Shown here: one piece after another, positions 28,504-38,870 of the stretch
Position numbering within the stretch: the stretch's first letter is position 1
Layout of the letters: every line of letters begins with the position of its first letter
Source: an uncultured Acidobacteriota bacterium
GTDB lineage: Bacteria > Acidobacteriota > Vicinamibacteria > Vicinamibacterales > UBA8438
DNA length: 64,000 nucleotides
Assembly: GCA_913043225.1 (NCBI GenBank)
Contig: CAJWLU010000012.1
Location: 45,132 to 109,131, forward strand
Reading direction: 5' to 3'
The notes under the pieces: model-generated
What the model was told of the DNA's origin: nothing
Seen by the model: only the letters and a program-made list of their open reading frames with translations
Database searches by the model: none
Made by a program: the position numbers and the translations under genes

Positions 28504-30534
28504 ATGTCACATAACCCCGTGCGTTCGTTCGTTGTGACGCTCGCCGTTGTCACAGCCGGGAGTGTCGCGTCTTGGTCTGAGCGCGCCTATGCTGGCCAGC
28601 ACGGCGCGCTCGGCGGCGAGTGGCGTAGCTATGCCGGCGATGCCGGCAGCACTAAGTACTCGCCGCTCGACGAGATAACAACTGAGAACTTCGGCGCTCT
28701 CGAACTGTCGTGGCGCTGGGTCTCGGTAGACGGTAAGCTCGACCTCGACGCGCTCCGCGATCGTTACCCGGCCCTCCGGGTAGCCAACGACACTGCCAAT
28801 ATCAGCATCAATGGGCTGAAGGGCACGCCCCTGATGGTGGGCAATACGCTCTATTTGAGTACACCGCTGTCGCAGGTGGCTGCGATCGATGCCGCGACTG
28901 GTCAGACCCGCTGGGTGTACGACCCACGAAGCTATGCAGCCGGCATACCGATCATGGTGCTCGGTTTCAGTAACCGCGGTCTGGCGTACTGGAGCGACGG
29001 CGAGCGTGGGCACGTCATCTGGGCTACCGGCGATGCCATGATGCACGCCGTCGACGCGGTCACCGGCGTGCCGGTAACCGGGTTCGGCGAGAACGGCAGC
29101 GTCGACCTGATGCGGGGCATCTCACGGGCTCGCCGTGACCCGCCTCCCATCAACTACTCGGTCACCTCACCGCCAGTGGTGTGCAACGACGTGGTCGTCG
29201 TCGGGTCGGCTGTCTCGGACCAGCCTCGCTTCATGGAGTCACCGCCGGGCCATGTGCGCGGGTTCGATGCCCGGACGGGCGCGTTACGCTGGACGTTTCA
29301 CACCGTGCCGCAGCCCGGCGAGTTCGGTCACGACACCTGGGAGGCGGGGGCGGCCTCCTACAGCGGGAATGCCAACGTCTGGACCATGATGAGCGCTGAT
29401 CCCGAGCTGGGCTATGCCTACTTGCCGGTCGGCAACGCCACCAACGATCACTACGGCGGGCATCGTCCCGGTGCCAATTTGTTCGCGAACAGCCTGGTGG
29501 CGGTCGATTGCGCGACAGGGCAGCGTGTTTGGCACTTTCAGATGGTGCATCACGACCTCTGGGACTACGACCCGCCCGCGGCGCCTAATCTGGTCGACAT
29601 CACCGTGGACGGCCGCCGGGTGCCGGCAGTGGCGCAGGTCACCAAGCACGCCTTCACCTTCGTCTTCGATCGGGTCACCGGCGATCCAGTCTGGCCCATT
29701 GAGGAGCGCGCCGTCTCACCTTCGACGGTGCCGGGAGAGTGGACGTCGCCCACCCAGCCGTTTCCAACCAAGCCGCCGTCGTTCGATCGGCAGGGTGTCA
29801 CCGTCGACGATCTGATCGACTTCACGCCCGAACTGCGGGCTGAGGCGGTCGATCTCCTGGATGGCTATTTGTACGGACCGATGTTCACTCCGCCGTCGCT
29901 GATCGGCACAGGTCCGGACGACACGAAGGGGACCATCGCCCTGCCTGGCTACATCGGCGGGGCCAACTGGAACGGCGCCGCCGCCGATCCCGAGACCGGA
30001 ATTCTGTATGTGCCGTCGATTACCCAGCCGATTATCCCGGCTCTGGTTCAGCTTGGGCCGGACCAATCGAACTTGCGGTACTCTCGCGGGCAGATGCGGC
30101 CACCTGGCGGACCAGACGGGCTGCCGCTGTTCAAGGGGCCGTATGGGCGGATCACGGCCATCGATCTCAACCGCGGCGAGATCGCCTGGCAGCGTCCCAA
30201 TGGCCTGGGATCGCCGGCCGTTCGGGACCATGCCCGCCTGCAAGAGGTTGATCTGCCACCGCTGGGCAGCGGGCGAGACTTTCTGTTGGTGACCCCCACC
30301 CTGCTGATCAGTGCGCAGCAGACGCCTGGCGCGGGTGGCGGGTGGGTGCTGGCCGGCCGGGACAAGGCCACGGGCGATGTGGTGGCCGAGATTCCGCTAC
30401 CGGGCCGCTCCATCGGGGCTCCCATGACCTACGAGGTCGGCGGCCGGCAGCACATTGCGGTGACGATACGCGGCCCACGCGACGCTCCTCCCGAGCTGAT
30501 CGCGCTGGCGCTGCCGCGGGACGGAGGGGTGTGA
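28504..30534 (+). CDS. Periplasmic PQQ-dependent dehydrogenase (glucose/quinate dehydrogenase type)
   Basis: GEWRSYAGDAGSTKYSPLDEI, HHDLWDYD, GGANWNG, PMTYEVGGRQH. Confidence 0.9.
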   Translation: MSHNPVRSFVVTLAVVTAGSVASWSERAYAGQHGALGGEWRSYAGDAGSTKYSPLDEITTENFGALELSWRWVSVDGKLDLDALRDRYPALRVANDTANISINGLKGTPLMVGNTLYLSTPLSQVAAIDAATGQTRWVYDPRSYAAGIPIMVLGFSNRGLAYWSDGERGHVIWATGDAMMHAVDAVTGVPVTGFGENGSVDLMRGISRARRDPPPINYSVTSPPVVCNDVVVVGSAVSDQPRFMESPPGHVRGFDARTGALRWTFHTVPQPGEFGHDTWEAGAASYSGNANVWTMMSADPELGYAYLPVGNATNDHYGGHRPGANLFANSLVAVDCATGQRVWHFQMVHHDLWDYDPPAAPNLVDITVDGRRVPAVAQVTKHAFTFVFDRVTGDPVWPIEERAVSPSTVPGEWTSPTQPFPTKPPSFDRQGVTVDDLIDFTPELRAEAVDLLDGYLYGPMFTPPSLIGTGPDDTKGTIALPGYIGGANWNGAAADPETGILYVPSITQPIIPALVQLGPDQSNLRYSRGQMRPPGGPDGLPLFKGPYGRITAIDLNRGEIAWQRPNGLGSPAVRDHARLQEVDLPPLGSGRDFLLVTPTLLISAQQTPGAGGGWVLAGRDKATGDVVAEIPLPGRSIGAPMTYEVGGRQHIAVTIRGPRDAPPELIALALPRDGGV

Positions 30535-31733
30535 TGACAATCCGAATTGGCGTGGCGCTCGGCGCCCTGGTGTTCGCTTCGACGCCGATCCAGGCGCAGG
30601 TCGAAAAGCAGTTCATCAACCCGGCGGGCGGGTTCACCCAGGTGGTGACTGCCGAGGACCGGGGCGTGACGACCATCTATGTTTCAGGCCAGGTGGGCAG
30701 CGGGTCGACCCTGCAGGAGCATGCCGAGTCGGCGTTCGCTGGCGTGGCGTCGCAGCTTGAGGCGGCCGGCGCGACCATGCGCGATGTCGTCAAGATTCGG
30801 ATCTACGTTACCGATTTCCACCCGTCGGAGTACGGCGTAATCAGCGAGGCGCGGCTGGCTGCCTTTCCAGAGGACGCCTGGCCGGCTAGCACCATGATTG
30901 GCGTGAACGCGCTCGCCGCAGAGAACTTCAGGGTGGAGATCGAAGCCACAGCAGTGGTGGCCGAGCCGGACGCTGACTTTGAGCTGGCCCGCATCGGTCC
31001 CTCCAGAGGTTTCAACCAGGCGGTCATCGTGCGCCACGGCGCGGTGAAGACGATCTGGATTGCCGGTCAGGTGGGGCAGGGCGATACCCTGACCGAGCAG
31101 ACGCGCGTCGTGCTCGACCGAGTATCGCAGCGCCTCGAAGCCGCCGGCGCGACGATGGCCGACGTCGTCAAGTCGAACACCTACATCGTCGACTTCGATC
31201 CAGACACGCAGCTGCAAGCGTTCGCGGAGGGCCGGACGGGAGCCTATGGCGACAACCCGCCTTCGAGCACATTGATCGGCATCGACCGGCTGGTGAACGA
31301 CTCGATGCAGATCGAGGTGGACGCGGTTGCGGTGGTGGATGAGAGCGAGCACACCGAGCGCGTCACGACGGAGCACCTCGACCCGGCTGGCTCTTTCACC
31401 CAGGTGGTAACGGTGCGCGGCGCCGGCGCCAAGACCATCTATGTATCCGGACAGGTGGGGCAGCCGGGTGATTCTCTGGAAGCCCAGGCAGTGCAGGCGT
31501 TCGCCGGCATGAAGGAACGGCTGGCGCTGGCCGGGGCGGCCCCAGAAGACCTGGTTAAGGTCCTCTACTACATCCCTGGCTACACCCCTGGGAACGCCGG
31601 CATCGGTGCCGCGCGCGAGGCGAACGACTGGCCCACCGACAACCCGCCTGCCGCGACGTTGCTCGGTATCCACTCGCTATTCTCGTCCACGGCGACATTC
31701 GAATACGAAGGCATCGCGGTTGTAGACCCTTAG
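30534..31733 (+). CDS. Secreted protein of three tandem Rid (YjgF/YER057c/UK114) domains
   Basis: TGATG overlap; signal peptide; three repeats of F.Q.V...TIY.SGQVG...L..AGA...DVVK...P..T.IG...E.E..A. Confidence 0.85.
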   Translation: MTIRIGVALGALVFASTPIQAQVEKQFINPAGGFTQVVTAEDRGVTTIYVSGQVGSGSTLQEHAESAFAGVASQLEAAGATMRDVVKIRIYVTDFHPSEYGVISEARLAAFPEDAWPASTMIGVNALAAENFRVEIEATAVVAEPDADFELARIGPSRGFNQAVIVRHGAVKTIWIAGQVGQGDTLTEQTRVVLDRVSQRLEAAGATMADVVKSNTYIVDFDPDTQLQAFAEGRTGAYGDNPPSSTLIGIDRLVNDSMQIEVDAVAVVDESEHTERVTTEHLDPAGSFTQVVTVRGAGAKTIYVSGQVGQPGDSLEAQAVQAFAGMKERLALAGAAPEDLVKVLYYIPGYTPGNAGIGAAREANDWPTDNPPAATLLGIHSLFSSTATFEYEGIAVVDP

Positions 31734-31917
31734 GCGTCAGAGACCGCCAGAGGTTGTCGGCTGGGCGTGTCTGTCGCTCACGCCGTTGACCGCTCGGTGC
31801 GTGGGTCGACGCTAGCCGACGGCGAGTTGGGCTAGAGGGCTCGACGAAGATGGCCGCCGAGGCGAACACTAGTGCGAGCAGCAGTAGCAAGAACACCGCC
31901 CACGCGATTCTAGTCGC

Positions 31918-32007
31918 CTAATTCTGGAACGGCGCCACCGAGAAGAACGCCGGAAGCTCGTTGAATACCTGTCGGGCGAAGTAGGTGAAGATCGGCAGTG
32001 CGGCTAG
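31918..32007 (-). pseudogene. Orphan 3' gene fragment
   Basis: LAALPIFTYFARQVFNELPAFFSVAPFQN* with coding-like codons and no start codon. Confidence 0.3.
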
Positions 32008-32100
32008 GCTAAGTGAGAGTCTTTAGCGAAGACTTTGCAGGGAAAAGTACAGGTTGGACTTCGCTATAATCGGCCAGTGACTAGGGAATGAGGAGCGACG

Positions 32101-33099
32101 ATGAACGTCCTACGATTACTCGCGATGCGCTTGGCTGGAGGCTTGGCGCTTGTAACTCTCGTCGCCGTTTCGGCGCTTGGACAGTCGACGACCGACGTCC
32201 CACGGACCCCGTGGGGTGTCCCCGATCTCGGTGGCGTATGGGACTACCGAACGATCACGCCGCTTGAGCGTCCCGAGGAATACGGCGACCGCGCGTTTCT
32301 GACCGACGAGGAGGTTGCCGAGCTCGAGCGCGAGGCAGAAGATCGCGAACGCGTGGCCGACGAGGCGCCTGCCAGGCTGACCGAGGTGGCCGAGGAGGGC
32401 GCTAATTTGGTGTCGGTGGTCGGTTGTTGCAACCGCTTCTGGCTGGACTATGGCACGCAGGCGCAGGCCACCGGACGCACCTCCCTCATCATCGATCCAC
32501 CGAACGGCCGCCTGCCGGCGATGACTCCGGAGGCCGAGGCACGGCCTCCAAGGCGTAGCTCATTCGGTACGCATGCCTTCAACTCGATGGAGGACTTCAG
32601 TCCGTCTGACCGTTGCACGGCGACGCTTGGCGTTCCGATCCGTCCGATTCCCTACAACAACAATATCCAGCTGTTCCAGACCGAAGAGCACTTGGTGATG
32701 TTTGTGGAGATGATGAAGACTATGCGGATCATCCCGATCAGCGAGCGGCCCCATAGCGCGGTGCGGCAAGATGCTGGTAGCTCCAGTGCCCACTGGGAAA
32801 ACGATGTCCTGGTGGTGGAGACCACCAATTTTGCAGACGGACCGTCGGTTGGTGGCGCGAGCGCAGAGGCGACGTTGATCGAGCGCTTCCGGCGGGTCAG
32901 TTCCGAGATCCTCGAGTACGAATACACCGTTGATGACCCCGCCACCTGGACCGCGCCCTGGTCGGCGCTCCAGACCCTACGGAGCAACCCGCTGCCCATC
33001 TTCGAGTACGCCTGTCACGAGGGTAACTACGGGATGACGAATATGCTCCGTGGTGCTCGGCTCGAAGAGGCGAGGGCGGCGGAGCAAGACGCACGCTAG
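32101..33099 (+). CDS. Secreted EYACHEGN-family protein, copy 5
   Basis: TATAAT at 32065, GAGGAG RBS; PRTPWGVPDLGGVWD, GCCNRFW, DRC, FEYACHEGNY. Confidence 0.85.
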   Translation: MNVLRLLAMRLAGGLALVTLVAVSALGQSTTDVPRTPWGVPDLGGVWDYRTITPLERPEEYGDRAFLTDEEVAELEREAEDRERVADEAPARLTEVAEEGANLVSVVGCCNRFWLDYGTQAQATGRTSLIIDPPNGRLPAMTPEAEARPPRRSSFGTHAFNSMEDFSPSDRCTATLGVPIRPIPYNNNIQLFQTEEHLVMFVEMMKTMRIIPISERPHSAVRQDAGSSSAHWENDVLVVETTNFADGPSVGGASAEATLIERFRRVSSEILEYEYTVDDPATWTAPWSALQTLRSNPLPIFEYACHEGNYGMTNMLRGARLEEARAAEQDAR

Positions 33100-33217
33100 T
33101 CGACAGGTGTCGGAGCCGCCGGCTGCCACGAGCACCACCAGTTCGCAGTTAATCTTCCGGGGATCGGCTGCGTTCGGGGCTCCACCGGGTCAGTCTAGCA
33201 GTCGCGCTGGGACAGCC

Positions 33218-35329
33218 TTATTCCGGTAGTGCGAAGACGAACAGCGCGTTGCCGCCTTCCGGTTGATAGACCTCGGGGTTTAGCGTGGCGGTCAGGCTGC
33301 GGAACACCCCGCCGAGGGCCGCCGGCACCGCGATGAATTGACGCCCGCCCGCTTCGTACGTGATCGGGTAGCCGTGGGCCGAGGCGGCGAGCCTGGTCTT
33401 CCAGAGGACCTCCCCTGTCTCGACGTCGAACGCCTGGTAGTAGCGCGCTCCGTCACCGGCGAACACCAGGCCGCCGCTGGTGGTCAGCGCTGAAGTAAGG
33501 AAGGGCGTGCGCTGCTCGTGGCTCCAGAGTTCTTCCATGGTGCGCACGTCGTAAGCGGCCAGCTTGCCGACGTTGCCGTTGCTGCCCGGCATCTCCAGCA
33601 GCTCGTAGCGGCCGGCCGTGCCGCCGCCACCCTCCACGAACTCCACCTCGCGCCCCGTCAGGTACATACAGGCCTGGTGCAGCGGGATCACCAGGGTGCC
33701 GGTGTCGGGGTCGTAGGCAGACGCCTGCCAGTTGTGCCCGCCGAGCAGACTTGGACAGGTGAACACCCGTTCGCCCACGGCGATGTCCTGCAGGTCGTCG
33801 CGGTAGGTAAGCTCGCCCGTCGTCCGGTCGATCGTCTGGAAGACGTCCTGGTAGACGGTCTCACGCAGCGCCAGGAATTCGCCGGTGCGTCGGTCGAGCT
33901 TCCAGAGAATGCCGTCCTTCCCGATGGTGAAGAGCCACTGTTCGCCGTCAGCGTCCACCAGCACTCGCTCGTAGACGATGTCGAGGTCGAGGGTCTCTCC
34001 CGGCGCATGCTGGAAATACCACCGCACCTGTCCGGTGGCGGGGTCAAGGGCGAGCGTCGAGTTGGTGTAGAGTGCGTCCTGCCGCGTGGTCATGCCCCGG
34101 CTGGCCGCTACCCACGGCTTGGCTTGGGCCGTGCCGATGTAGAAGAGCCCCAGGTCGGCATCGAAGCTGCCAGGAATCCAGGCGTCGCCCCCGGCGCGCA
34201 GATAGGGCGGGGTGTCGCCCCACGACGCGTCGTTTGGGTCGCCCGGGAGCGCCACGGTGGAAGTGCGCCACAGCTCGGCGCCGGTGTCGGCATCATGCCC
34301 GGTGATGAAGCAGGTCTGCTCGGTGAACCGTTCGCAGCCGTTGGTTCCGGTGATGACCACGCCGTTGGCCACCACCGGTCCGGCGTTCTGTCTGAACCCG
34401 GCGGCATAGTCGGTTTTGACCGTGCGCCACACTTCTGCGCCGGTTTTGGCATCGAGCGCCACCACGGCCGCATCGGCGGTGGCGAGAAACAGCTTGTCGT
34501 CGTAGAGCGCGAGGGTGCGGGACAGTCCGCCCCGTACGTCGTCCGGCAACGGCGCCCGATAAACCCAGATGACGTCGCCGGTGGCTGCGTTGATCGCCTG
34601 CACAACGTTTCCCGGGTTGGCCAGGAACATCACCCCGTCGTGGACCAGCGGCGTGGTCTGGTGATTGCCGGAGCGGACTGAGATGGACCAAGCCAGCTGC
34701 AGGTCGCCGACGTTTTCGCGTGTGATCTCGTCGAGCGGACTGTAGCCGTGCGCGTTGCGCGTTCGACGCCAGCTCAGCCAGTCTTCCGGTGGAGGATCGG
34801 CCAGCAGCGCGTCGGTCACCGGCGTTAGCTCGAACGGTACTTCCTGGTTCACGAACCGGGTCGACCGACGGAACACCCGCTCACCCGCCCTTTCGGCGCT
34901 TCGCGCCTCGGCGATGTCGGCCGCGTCGCCGATGGTCACGCCGGCGTCCACGGTGAGGGTCGTCTCGCCCGGTGCCGCGCCGTTCGATTCCAGCAGATAC
35001 GCCACCAGATCGATGTAGGCCTGGTCGCTGAGCGTGCCGGCCTGGCCAGGCGGCATCTCGTCCTTCAAATACCTCAAGAGCTCGTCGGTCGTTTGCCCCG
35101 CCCAGCCGTCGAGAAAGTCGACGCCAGAGAGCGCGGGTGCGTGGACCAGTCCCTCGAGTCTGACCCCGTGGCATTCCTCGCACTGGAGGCCGTAGACTGA
35201 CCACCCGTTGCCGGCCTGTTCGGCGGTGAAGGCACCGTCGGCCTGAGGCTGCTGCGCGGCGACGGTTGTGCCCGCAAGCGTGACGCTGGTCGCCACGGTC
35301 ATGATGCGAAGGAACGAGCGGTGCGACAT
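33218..35329 (-). CDS. Quinohaemoprotein: N-terminal cytochrome c plus PQQ alcohol-dehydrogenase-type propeller
   Basis: Signal peptide, CEECH, MPPG (axial Met), then WLSWRRT...[24 protein letters not shown]. Confidence 0.88.
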   Translation of the reverse strand: MSHRSFLRIMTVATSVTLAGTTVAAQQPQADGAFTAEQAGNGWSVYGLQCEECHGVRLEGLVHAPALSGVDFLDGWAGQTTDELLRYLKDEMPPGQAGTLSDQAYIDLVAYLLESNGAAPGETTLTVDAGVTIGDAADIAEARSAERAGERVFRRSTRFVNQEVPFELTPVTDALLADPPPEDWLSWRRTRNAHGYSPLDEITRENVGDLQLAWSISVRSGNHQTTPLVHDGVMFLANPGNVVQAINAATGDVIWVYRAPLPDDVRGGLSRTLALYDDKLFLATADAAVVALDAKTGAEVWRTVKTDYAAGFRQNAGPVVANGVVITGTNGCERFTEQTCFITGHDADTGAELWRTSTVALPGDPNDASWGDTPPYLRAGGDAWIPGSFDADLGLFYIGTAQAKPWVAASRGMTTRQDALYTNSTLALDPATGQVRWYFQHAPGETLDLDIVYERVLVDADGEQWLFTIGKDGILWKLDRRTGEFLALRETVYQDVFQTIDRTTGELTYRDDLQDIAVGERVFTCPSLLGGHNWQASAYDPDTGTLVIPLHQACMYLTGREVEFVEGGGGTAGRYELLEMPGSNGNVGKLAAYDVRTMEELWSHEQRTPFLTSALTTSGGLVFAGDGARYYQAFDVETGEVLWKTRLAASAHGYPITYEAGGRQFIAVPAALGGVFRSLTATLNPEVYQPEGGNALFVFALPE

Positions 35330-35705
35330 GACGTCTACCTCCGGGAGCGAACGGGGGCCGAGGTGGTATGTGGTGCGTGTGGTCCTTATACCACCACTTG
35401 GCAGACCCTGTGTCCGGCGCACCAGGTGTGGCGCACGCAGTGCTCTTGAAGGGCCCGTTTAGGAGGTTGTCCAGGTCACCGGGAAGGCGAGCAGTGCTTC
35501 GCGATTGATTGGCGGGAGTCCCTGCAGCCTGGTCTGCCCCAGCGGGGTATTTGATGGTCAACTAGTGACATTCTGGTCTCCGCAAGCTTGCCGTTGCTGG
35601 CTCGACGGGGCAGGGGACTCGGTGACAGCCGCCGTGCACGGGGTGACAGTGCTGCCGGTCGTGTGCTCCGCATATGATCAGCAGCAGTCTCGAAGGAGAC
35701 ATGAC

Positions 35706-37658
35706 ATGTGCACAACTCGGTTTGCCTGCGGGACCGTTCTATTCCTGGTACTGGTGGTGGCGTTTGCCACTCTCAGCACCCAAGGCGCCCAGGCGCAGGT
35801 GCCTGACCGCGAATGGCACGCCATCGGTCGAGACGGCGCCAATTCAAAGTACTCGCCCCTCCACCAGATCACGGCTGACAACTTTACCGAACTAGAGATT
35901 GCGTGGACGTGGGACTCGATCTCGCGCGCCGTAACCGCCGAACGGGAAGAATTACGTCCGTCCCCGTTGATGGCTACGCCGCTGATGGCCAACGGCCTCG
36001 TGTATCTCACCAGCGAGTTCGGGCAGGCCGTGGCCCTTGACGCCCGAACCGGCGAACTCGTGTGGTCGTATGATGCCCGCGCGTACGACCTAGTGGACCG
36101 TCCCATCAACATGGGTTGGCGGCACCGCGGGCTGACCTACTGGCAGGACGATGCAAGCGACGACGCCCGCGTCTTCCTAGCCAACCACGACCTGCGGTTG
36201 GTGGCGCTCGACGCGCGCACTGGTGCCGTCTATCCCGACTTCGGTGAGAACGGTCTCGTTGATCTCACACAGGGCCTCGGACGCGACGTGGACGCCGCCA
36301 GGATGACCTACTCGTTCCCCGTGGCGATAGCCGGTGACACCATCATCGTTGGCAGCATTATGCAGGACGGCGCCATCCAGGTGCTGGAGGCACCGCCCGG
36401 ACACGTGCGCGCCTATGATGCGCGGACCGGCGACTTGAAGTGGGTGTTCCGTACCGTCCCGCAGGGCGACGATTTCGGCGTCGATAGTTGGGGCAACGAG
36501 TCGTGGCGCTATAGCGGTCACAGCAACGTCTGGTCCTACATGGCGGTGGATGAAGAACTGGGTTACGTCTATCTGCCCACTGGCACCCCGTCGAACGACT
36601 GGTACGGCGGCATGCGGCCCGGCGACAACCTGTTTGCCGAGAGTGTCATCGCGGTGGACGTCGAGACCGGCCAGCGCGTGTGGCACTTCCAGGCGATTCA
36701 TCACGGCATCTGGGACTGGGATTTTCCGACCGGGCCCAACCTACTGGACGTGACCGTGGACGGTCGGCCCATGAAGATCTTGGCCCAGGTGAGCAAGCAG
36801 GCGTTCACCTATGTGTTCGACCGGGTCACCGGCGAGCCGGTGTGGCCGATCGAAGAGCGACCCGTGCCGGTGGGCGATGTGGAGGGGGAGTGGTATTCGC
36901 CGACCCAGCCATTCCCAACTAAACCGGCGCCGTTCGATCGGCAGGGAATCGCGCTCGATGACATCATCGACTTCACCTCGGAGATTCGGGCCGAGACGCT
37001 CGAGATCATCGATGGTCGAGCACGCCTCGGGCCGTTGTTTTCCACGCCAGTGGTGCGGGGCTCTGGCTTACCCTTCATTCAGGTGCCTGGGCCGGGTGGG
37101 GGCGCCAACTGGCAGGGGGCGGCTGTCGATCCCCAGACCGGACGACTCTTTGTGTCGTCATCCACCATGGGATTCCTGGCCGTTCTGGTCGAGCGAGACG
37201 TTGTCGGCTACTTCACCGACCCCTGGCCGGTGCGCCTGACTGGGCCCCAGGGGTTGCCGCTCTTCAAGCCGCCCTACAAGCGGGTGACCGCCATCGACCT
37301 AAACACCGGCGACCACGCCTGGCAGGTGCCGCACGGTGACGGACCCAGAAATCATCCCCGCCTGGCCCACCTAAACCTCGGTCCCCTCGGTGGCGGTGGC
37401 GGCATCAGCTCCGGTCCGTTGGTCACGCCGACCCTGCTCATCATGAACCACGGCGGCCGAGACTACGGTGACATCAACTCCGGCCTGCGCACTGTCAGCG
37501 CCTACGATAAGGCCACGGGCGTGCACCTCGGATCGGTCGACCTGCCGGTGATGCCGGCAGGTAACCCCGTCACCTACGAGTACGAAGGAAGGCAGTATCT
37601 GGTGATTGCGGGTGGGACCGGCGACGACGCGCAGTTGATGGCGCTGACCCTACCCTAG
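35706..37658 (+). CDS. Periplasmic PQQ-dependent dehydrogenase (glucose/quinate dehydrogenase type)
   Basis: AAGGAG RBS; KYSPLHQI, HHGIWDWD, GGANWQG, PVTYEYEGRQY. Confidence 0.9.
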   Translation: MCTTRFACGTVLFLVLVVAFATLSTQGAQAQVPDREWHAIGRDGANSKYSPLHQITADNFTELEIAWTWDSISRAVTAEREELRPSPLMATPLMANGLVYLTSEFGQAVALDARTGELVWSYDARAYDLVDRPINMGWRHRGLTYWQDDASDDARVFLANHDLRLVALDARTGAVYPDFGENGLVDLTQGLGRDVDAARMTYSFPVAIAGDTIIVGSIMQDGAIQVLEAPPGHVRAYDARTGDLKWVFRTVPQGDDFGVDSWGNESWRYSGHSNVWSYMAVDEELGYVYLPTGTPSNDWYGGMRPGDNLFAESVIAVDVETGQRVWHFQAIHHGIWDWDFPTGPNLLDVTVDGRPMKILAQVSKQAFTYVFDRVTGEPVWPIEERPVPVGDVEGEWYSPTQPFPTKPAPFDRQGIALDDIIDFTSEIRAETLEIIDGRARLGPLFSTPVVRGSGLPFIQVPGPGGGANWQGAAVDPQTGRLFVSSSTMGFLAVLVERDVVGYFTDPWPVRLTGPQGLPLFKPPYKRVTAIDLNTGDHAWQVPHGDGPRNHPRLAHLNLGPLGGGGGISSGPLVTPTLLIMNHGGRDYGDINSGLRTVSAYDKATGVHLGSVDLPVMPAGNPVTYEYEGRQYLVIAGGTGDDAQLMALTLP

Positions 37659-37705
37659 CTGGTCCGGGCGTCTCGGTTGGCCCTCTAACTGCCGCCCACT
37701 CCCGT

Positions 37706-37793
37706 TTGCTCCGCTCCATGAGTCGCCGTGGGAACTGTCTCGACAACGCCGAGATCGAGAGCGGGTTCTCCACGGTGAGGCAGGAACTCGGCA
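37706..37793 (+). mobile_element. IS3-family transposase remnant
   Basis: SMSRRGNCLDNAEIESGFSTVRQEL matches the IS3 integrase-core segment around the catalytic Glu. Confidence 0.75.
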
Positions 37794-37896
37794 CCAGACG
37801 CCATGTCTTTCACGGGATTGTGGATGTAGGTCAGCACGTTCAACATGCCGACGCTGGTTCGGTACGGAGCATGAACCAAGACCACCCGCTCGCTGG

Positions 37897-38802
37897 CTAC
37901 TGAACCTGCAGGCGCCGGAACAGCTCCTGCACCTCCCCGGTCGAGCTTGCGCCGTTCAGGTCGAACGACCAGTAGCACTCTTCCTTCAGCTGGCTCATCC
38001 TGAGCTGCATCACGCCCTGTGACTTGTGTTCGGCGATGACCCAGTTGCCGATAATCTCGAAGTTCAGCCGGTCGTTGAAACCGAGCGTCTGGGTGCGGTC
38101 GAAGCGGGCTACCGGTCCGCCTGACGCCGTGGTGAGCGGATAGCCGTCGAGACCGCTGAATTCGAACGCCTGGTCGCCTAGCGCGCAGGCGAATCCACCC
38201 AGCACCACTGGCCGGCCTGACGCCGGCAGCTGTTCCGCTGCCTGCAGCGCCAGTATGGTTGCCCCCTTGTGGTGGCCGTGGGTCTCGGTGAACGGGACGG
38301 CGCTGATGATCAGGTCGTAGCCGCCATCTCGGAGGATGCCAGCCAGCCGCTGTCGAACCCAGTCAGCGTCCCAGATGTCGGCCAGCACTGGTGCCACATC
38401 GGTGGTGAACGCGTTGTCCAACTGGTCGAAGAAAAAGTACTTGCTGATGCCTACGATGTCCCCGCCAGCCATTAGTTCCCGCTTTCTGATCGCCGGCAGA
38501 TGTTGGCGTGCGACCTCCTCGTTGGTCAGTTCGACGCCGTAGATCTCCTCGGCGAACGTTGAGTAGCGGTAGCCGCCGCTTCCGTCGGTCACCAGTGCCA
38601 GGTCGACCGTGCCGTCGAGTTGGTGCGTTAGCTGGTAGAGCACGCCGCTGAATGCCGCGTCGTCATCGGGATGGGCGATGACCACCAGGGTCTTAGGACT
38701 GTCCGGTATCCGTCCTTGAGCCGAGGCCTCGGTGGGAAACAGCGATCCCGCGAGTTGGGCGATGGCGAGGACTGAGACGGTGTGGCGGACGCACAGCGGC
38801 AT
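37897..38802 (-). CDS. Secreted PIG-L/LmbE-family deacetylase
   Basis: IAHPDD, TDGSGG, RKRE, HGHH; signal peptide. Confidence 0.85.
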   Translation of the reverse strand: MPLCVRHTVSVLAIAQLAGSLFPTEASAQGRIPDSPKTLVVIAHPDDDAAFSGVLYQLTHQLDGTVDLALVTDGSGGYRYSTFAEEIYGVELTNEEVARQHLPAIRKRELMAGGDIVGISKYFFFDQLDNAFTTDVAPVLADIWDADWVRQRLAGILRDGGYDLIISAVPFTETHGHHKGATILALQAAEQLPASGRPVVLGGFACALGDQAFEFSGLDGYPLTTASGGPVARFDRTQTLGFNDRLNFEIIGNWVIAEHKSQGVMQLRMSQLKEECYWSFDLNGASSTGEVQELFRRLQVQ

Positions 38803-38870
38803 GCGTGCAGTCTGTCACCCACGGTGGTGGAACGTCGAGGGGGAACAGCGGTGGCCTCGAGGTCACGCAG

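Noticed and set aside
31555..31896. Minus-strand ORF with a hydrophobic N-terminus
   Set aside because: Overlaps the Rid gene by about 180 nt and is low-complexity after the first 20 residues; cannot be supported as a gene
33105..33198. Possible small RNA (TAGACT box plus GGAGCC/GGCTCC stem), SRP-like GGAA loop
   Set aside because: Lacks the SRP CAGG/AGCA internal loop and could equally be a coding remnant
35470..35545. Cobalamin riboswitch-like GGGAAGG...CTGCC
   Set aside because: Core B12-box and upstream conserved elements are absent, and flanking genes are not B12 related
6117..37658. Lanthanide dependence inferred from the WDxD motif of the PQQ enzymes
   Set aside because: The extra Asp is diagnostic only within XoxF/PedH-type clades; glucose-dehydrogenase-type enzymes commonly show WDxD, so metal preference cannot be called
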